Of a stretch of DNA of 64,000 nucleotides, positions 63,187-64,000 are shown one piece after another. Position 1 is the first letter of the stretch. Every line of letters starts with the position of its first letter. Location: the NCBI GenBank assembly GCA_049302755.1, contig JBAQMK010000004.1, positions 36,392 to 100,391 of the forward strand, given 5' to 3'. The DNA comes from Minisyncoccales bacterium. GTDB taxonomy: Bacteria; Patescibacteriota; Minisyncoccia; Minisyncoccales; Minisyncoccaceae. The position numbers and the translations under genes were made by a program. The notes below the pieces were generated by a model that saw only the letters and a program-made list of their open reading frames with translations, was not told the origin of the DNA and ran no database searches.

Positions 63187-64000
63187 TTAGTTACCACCTT
63201 CATTAATTATCTCCTCTTTATTTTGCTGAATTTCCTTTTCCCCGAAGTAGTACCCCAAGGTCTCCCTGGCCACCAAATTGGCTAAACCGGTGTTTTGAGG
63301 CACGCTTTCCACGATAACGGTCAAAACTATCTCCGGGTCGTCATAGGGGGCGAAAACGGTAATCCAGTTGTGATAAATCTCATTCTTTCCGGTCTGGGCA
63401 GTTCCGGTCTTAGCACCAGAAGAAACGGGCAAATACTGCAATGAACGGGCGGTTCCCGCCGAAGATAAAACCGTTTCTCTCATTCCCTCCCTCACCGATT
63501 CAATCGCCGACAAAGAAACAAAATCTTTACTCACAATCTCCGGCTCAAATGTTTTAATTGTCTGATTGTTGTTGTCCAAAACACTTTTCACAACCTGCGG
63601 TTTCATTAATTTACCTCCATTAGCAATTGAAGAAATGGCCATAGTTAATTGCAAAGGAGTTGCTTTAAAATAACCTTGTCCGATTGAAACATTGTAGGTG
63701 TCTCCCGGATACCATGAAGTTCCGGTTCTGTCTTCCTTCCAAGTTGGATCGGGAACCAAACCGACACTCTCTTCCGGCAAATCAATATTTGTTTTTGCTC
63801 CAAAGCCAAACTTTTCCAAATACTTTTCAATCTTGGCGATTCCTAAACCATTAAAATTTTTATATCCCCCGCCAACCATATAAAAGAAAACGTCGCAAGA
63901 TTCAGCAATGGCTTTTTTCAAACTGGTCCAGCCGTGCGTCGCCCAGTCTTTTTTAAACGTATCATCGTTTAATTCAATTCCCCCTTCACAATATATTTCC
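63187..64000 (-). CDS. class B penicillin-binding protein transpeptidase domain (PBP2/FtsI-like), N-terminus beyond window
   Basis: The frame stays open to position 64000, and the track M at 63921 is an internal TTG. Has SCDVFFY, the KTGTAQ box and a Ser/Asn box region. Confidence 0.85.
   Translation of the reverse strand, partial: EIYCEGGIELNDDTFKKDWATHGWTSLKKAIAESCDVFFYMVGGGYKNFNGLGIAKIEKYLEKFGFGAKTNIDLPEESVGLVPDPTWKEDRTGTSWYPGDTYNVSIGQGYFKATPLQLTMAISSIANGGKLMKPQVVKSVLDNNNQTIKTFEPEIVSKDFVSLSAIESVREGMRETVLSSAGTARSLQYLPVSSGAKTGTAQTGKNEIYHNWITVFAPYDDPEIVLTVIVESVPQNTGLANLVARETLGYYFGEKEIQQNKEEIINEGGN

Noticed and set aside
1-64000. Alternative genetic code (UGA recoding, as in some CPR lineages), and the presence of mobile elements, prophage, CRISPR-Cas or restriction-modification systems.
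   Set aside because: Conserved genes such as gatA and mraY end at TGA with normal lengths, and no in-frame TGA interruptions are needed. I recognised no integrase, transposase, terminal inverted repeats, cas genes or methylase-endonuclease pairs.

Overview
AT-rich (about 25-33% GC in spot-counted 60-nt lines), very gene-dense 64-kb bacterial segment with about 70 CDS, roughly 90% on the minus strand. I found no rRNA, intact tRNA, CRISPR array, transposase or integrase. TGA is used as a stop (gatA, mraY), so the standard bacterial code applies. Core content falls into five groups. (1) A dispersed cell-wall/division set: murG, ftsW, murD, mraY, murC, a membrane-fused murF, ftsQ, a FemX-like gene, a PBP5-like carboxypeptidase and a partial PBP2. 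(2) Translation genes: gatCA, gltX, archaeal-type aspS and valS, serS, lysS, efp. (3) DNA maintenance: xseAB, a Cas4-like PD-(D/E)XK nuclease, rmuC, rarA, ybaB. (4) Two signalling modules built on a shared 7TM sensor domain. (5) An ino1 / CDP-alcohol phosphatidyltransferase module. The gene content, small proteins and mostly SD-less starts fit a reduced-genome, CPR/Patescibacteria-like organism, but that placement is inference. The main candidate for an undescribed system is a five-gene operon at 37330-42730. It encodes a SipW-type (ER/archaeal-type) signal peptidase and four TasA/camelysin-like secreted proteins carrying lectin-like, lamin-tail and FN3-like modules, behind a roughly 200-nt structured leader. 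A 1069-aa repeat-rich surface protein lies nearby. Other notable points: a PP-loop gene between mraY and murD that may be a MurL-type epimerase; a kinase-less 7TM paralogue with a stand-alone receiver and a leaderless micropeptide; and about nine GC-elevated ORFan cassettes, each with its own near-consensus promoter and strong SD, and most followed by a terminator hairpin, set among SD-less core genes. There is also an untracked 46-aa Cys-rich ORF with a consensus-like TTGACA-16-TATAAT promoter (16-nt spacer). All functional calls come from motif recognition by eye. No searches were run.
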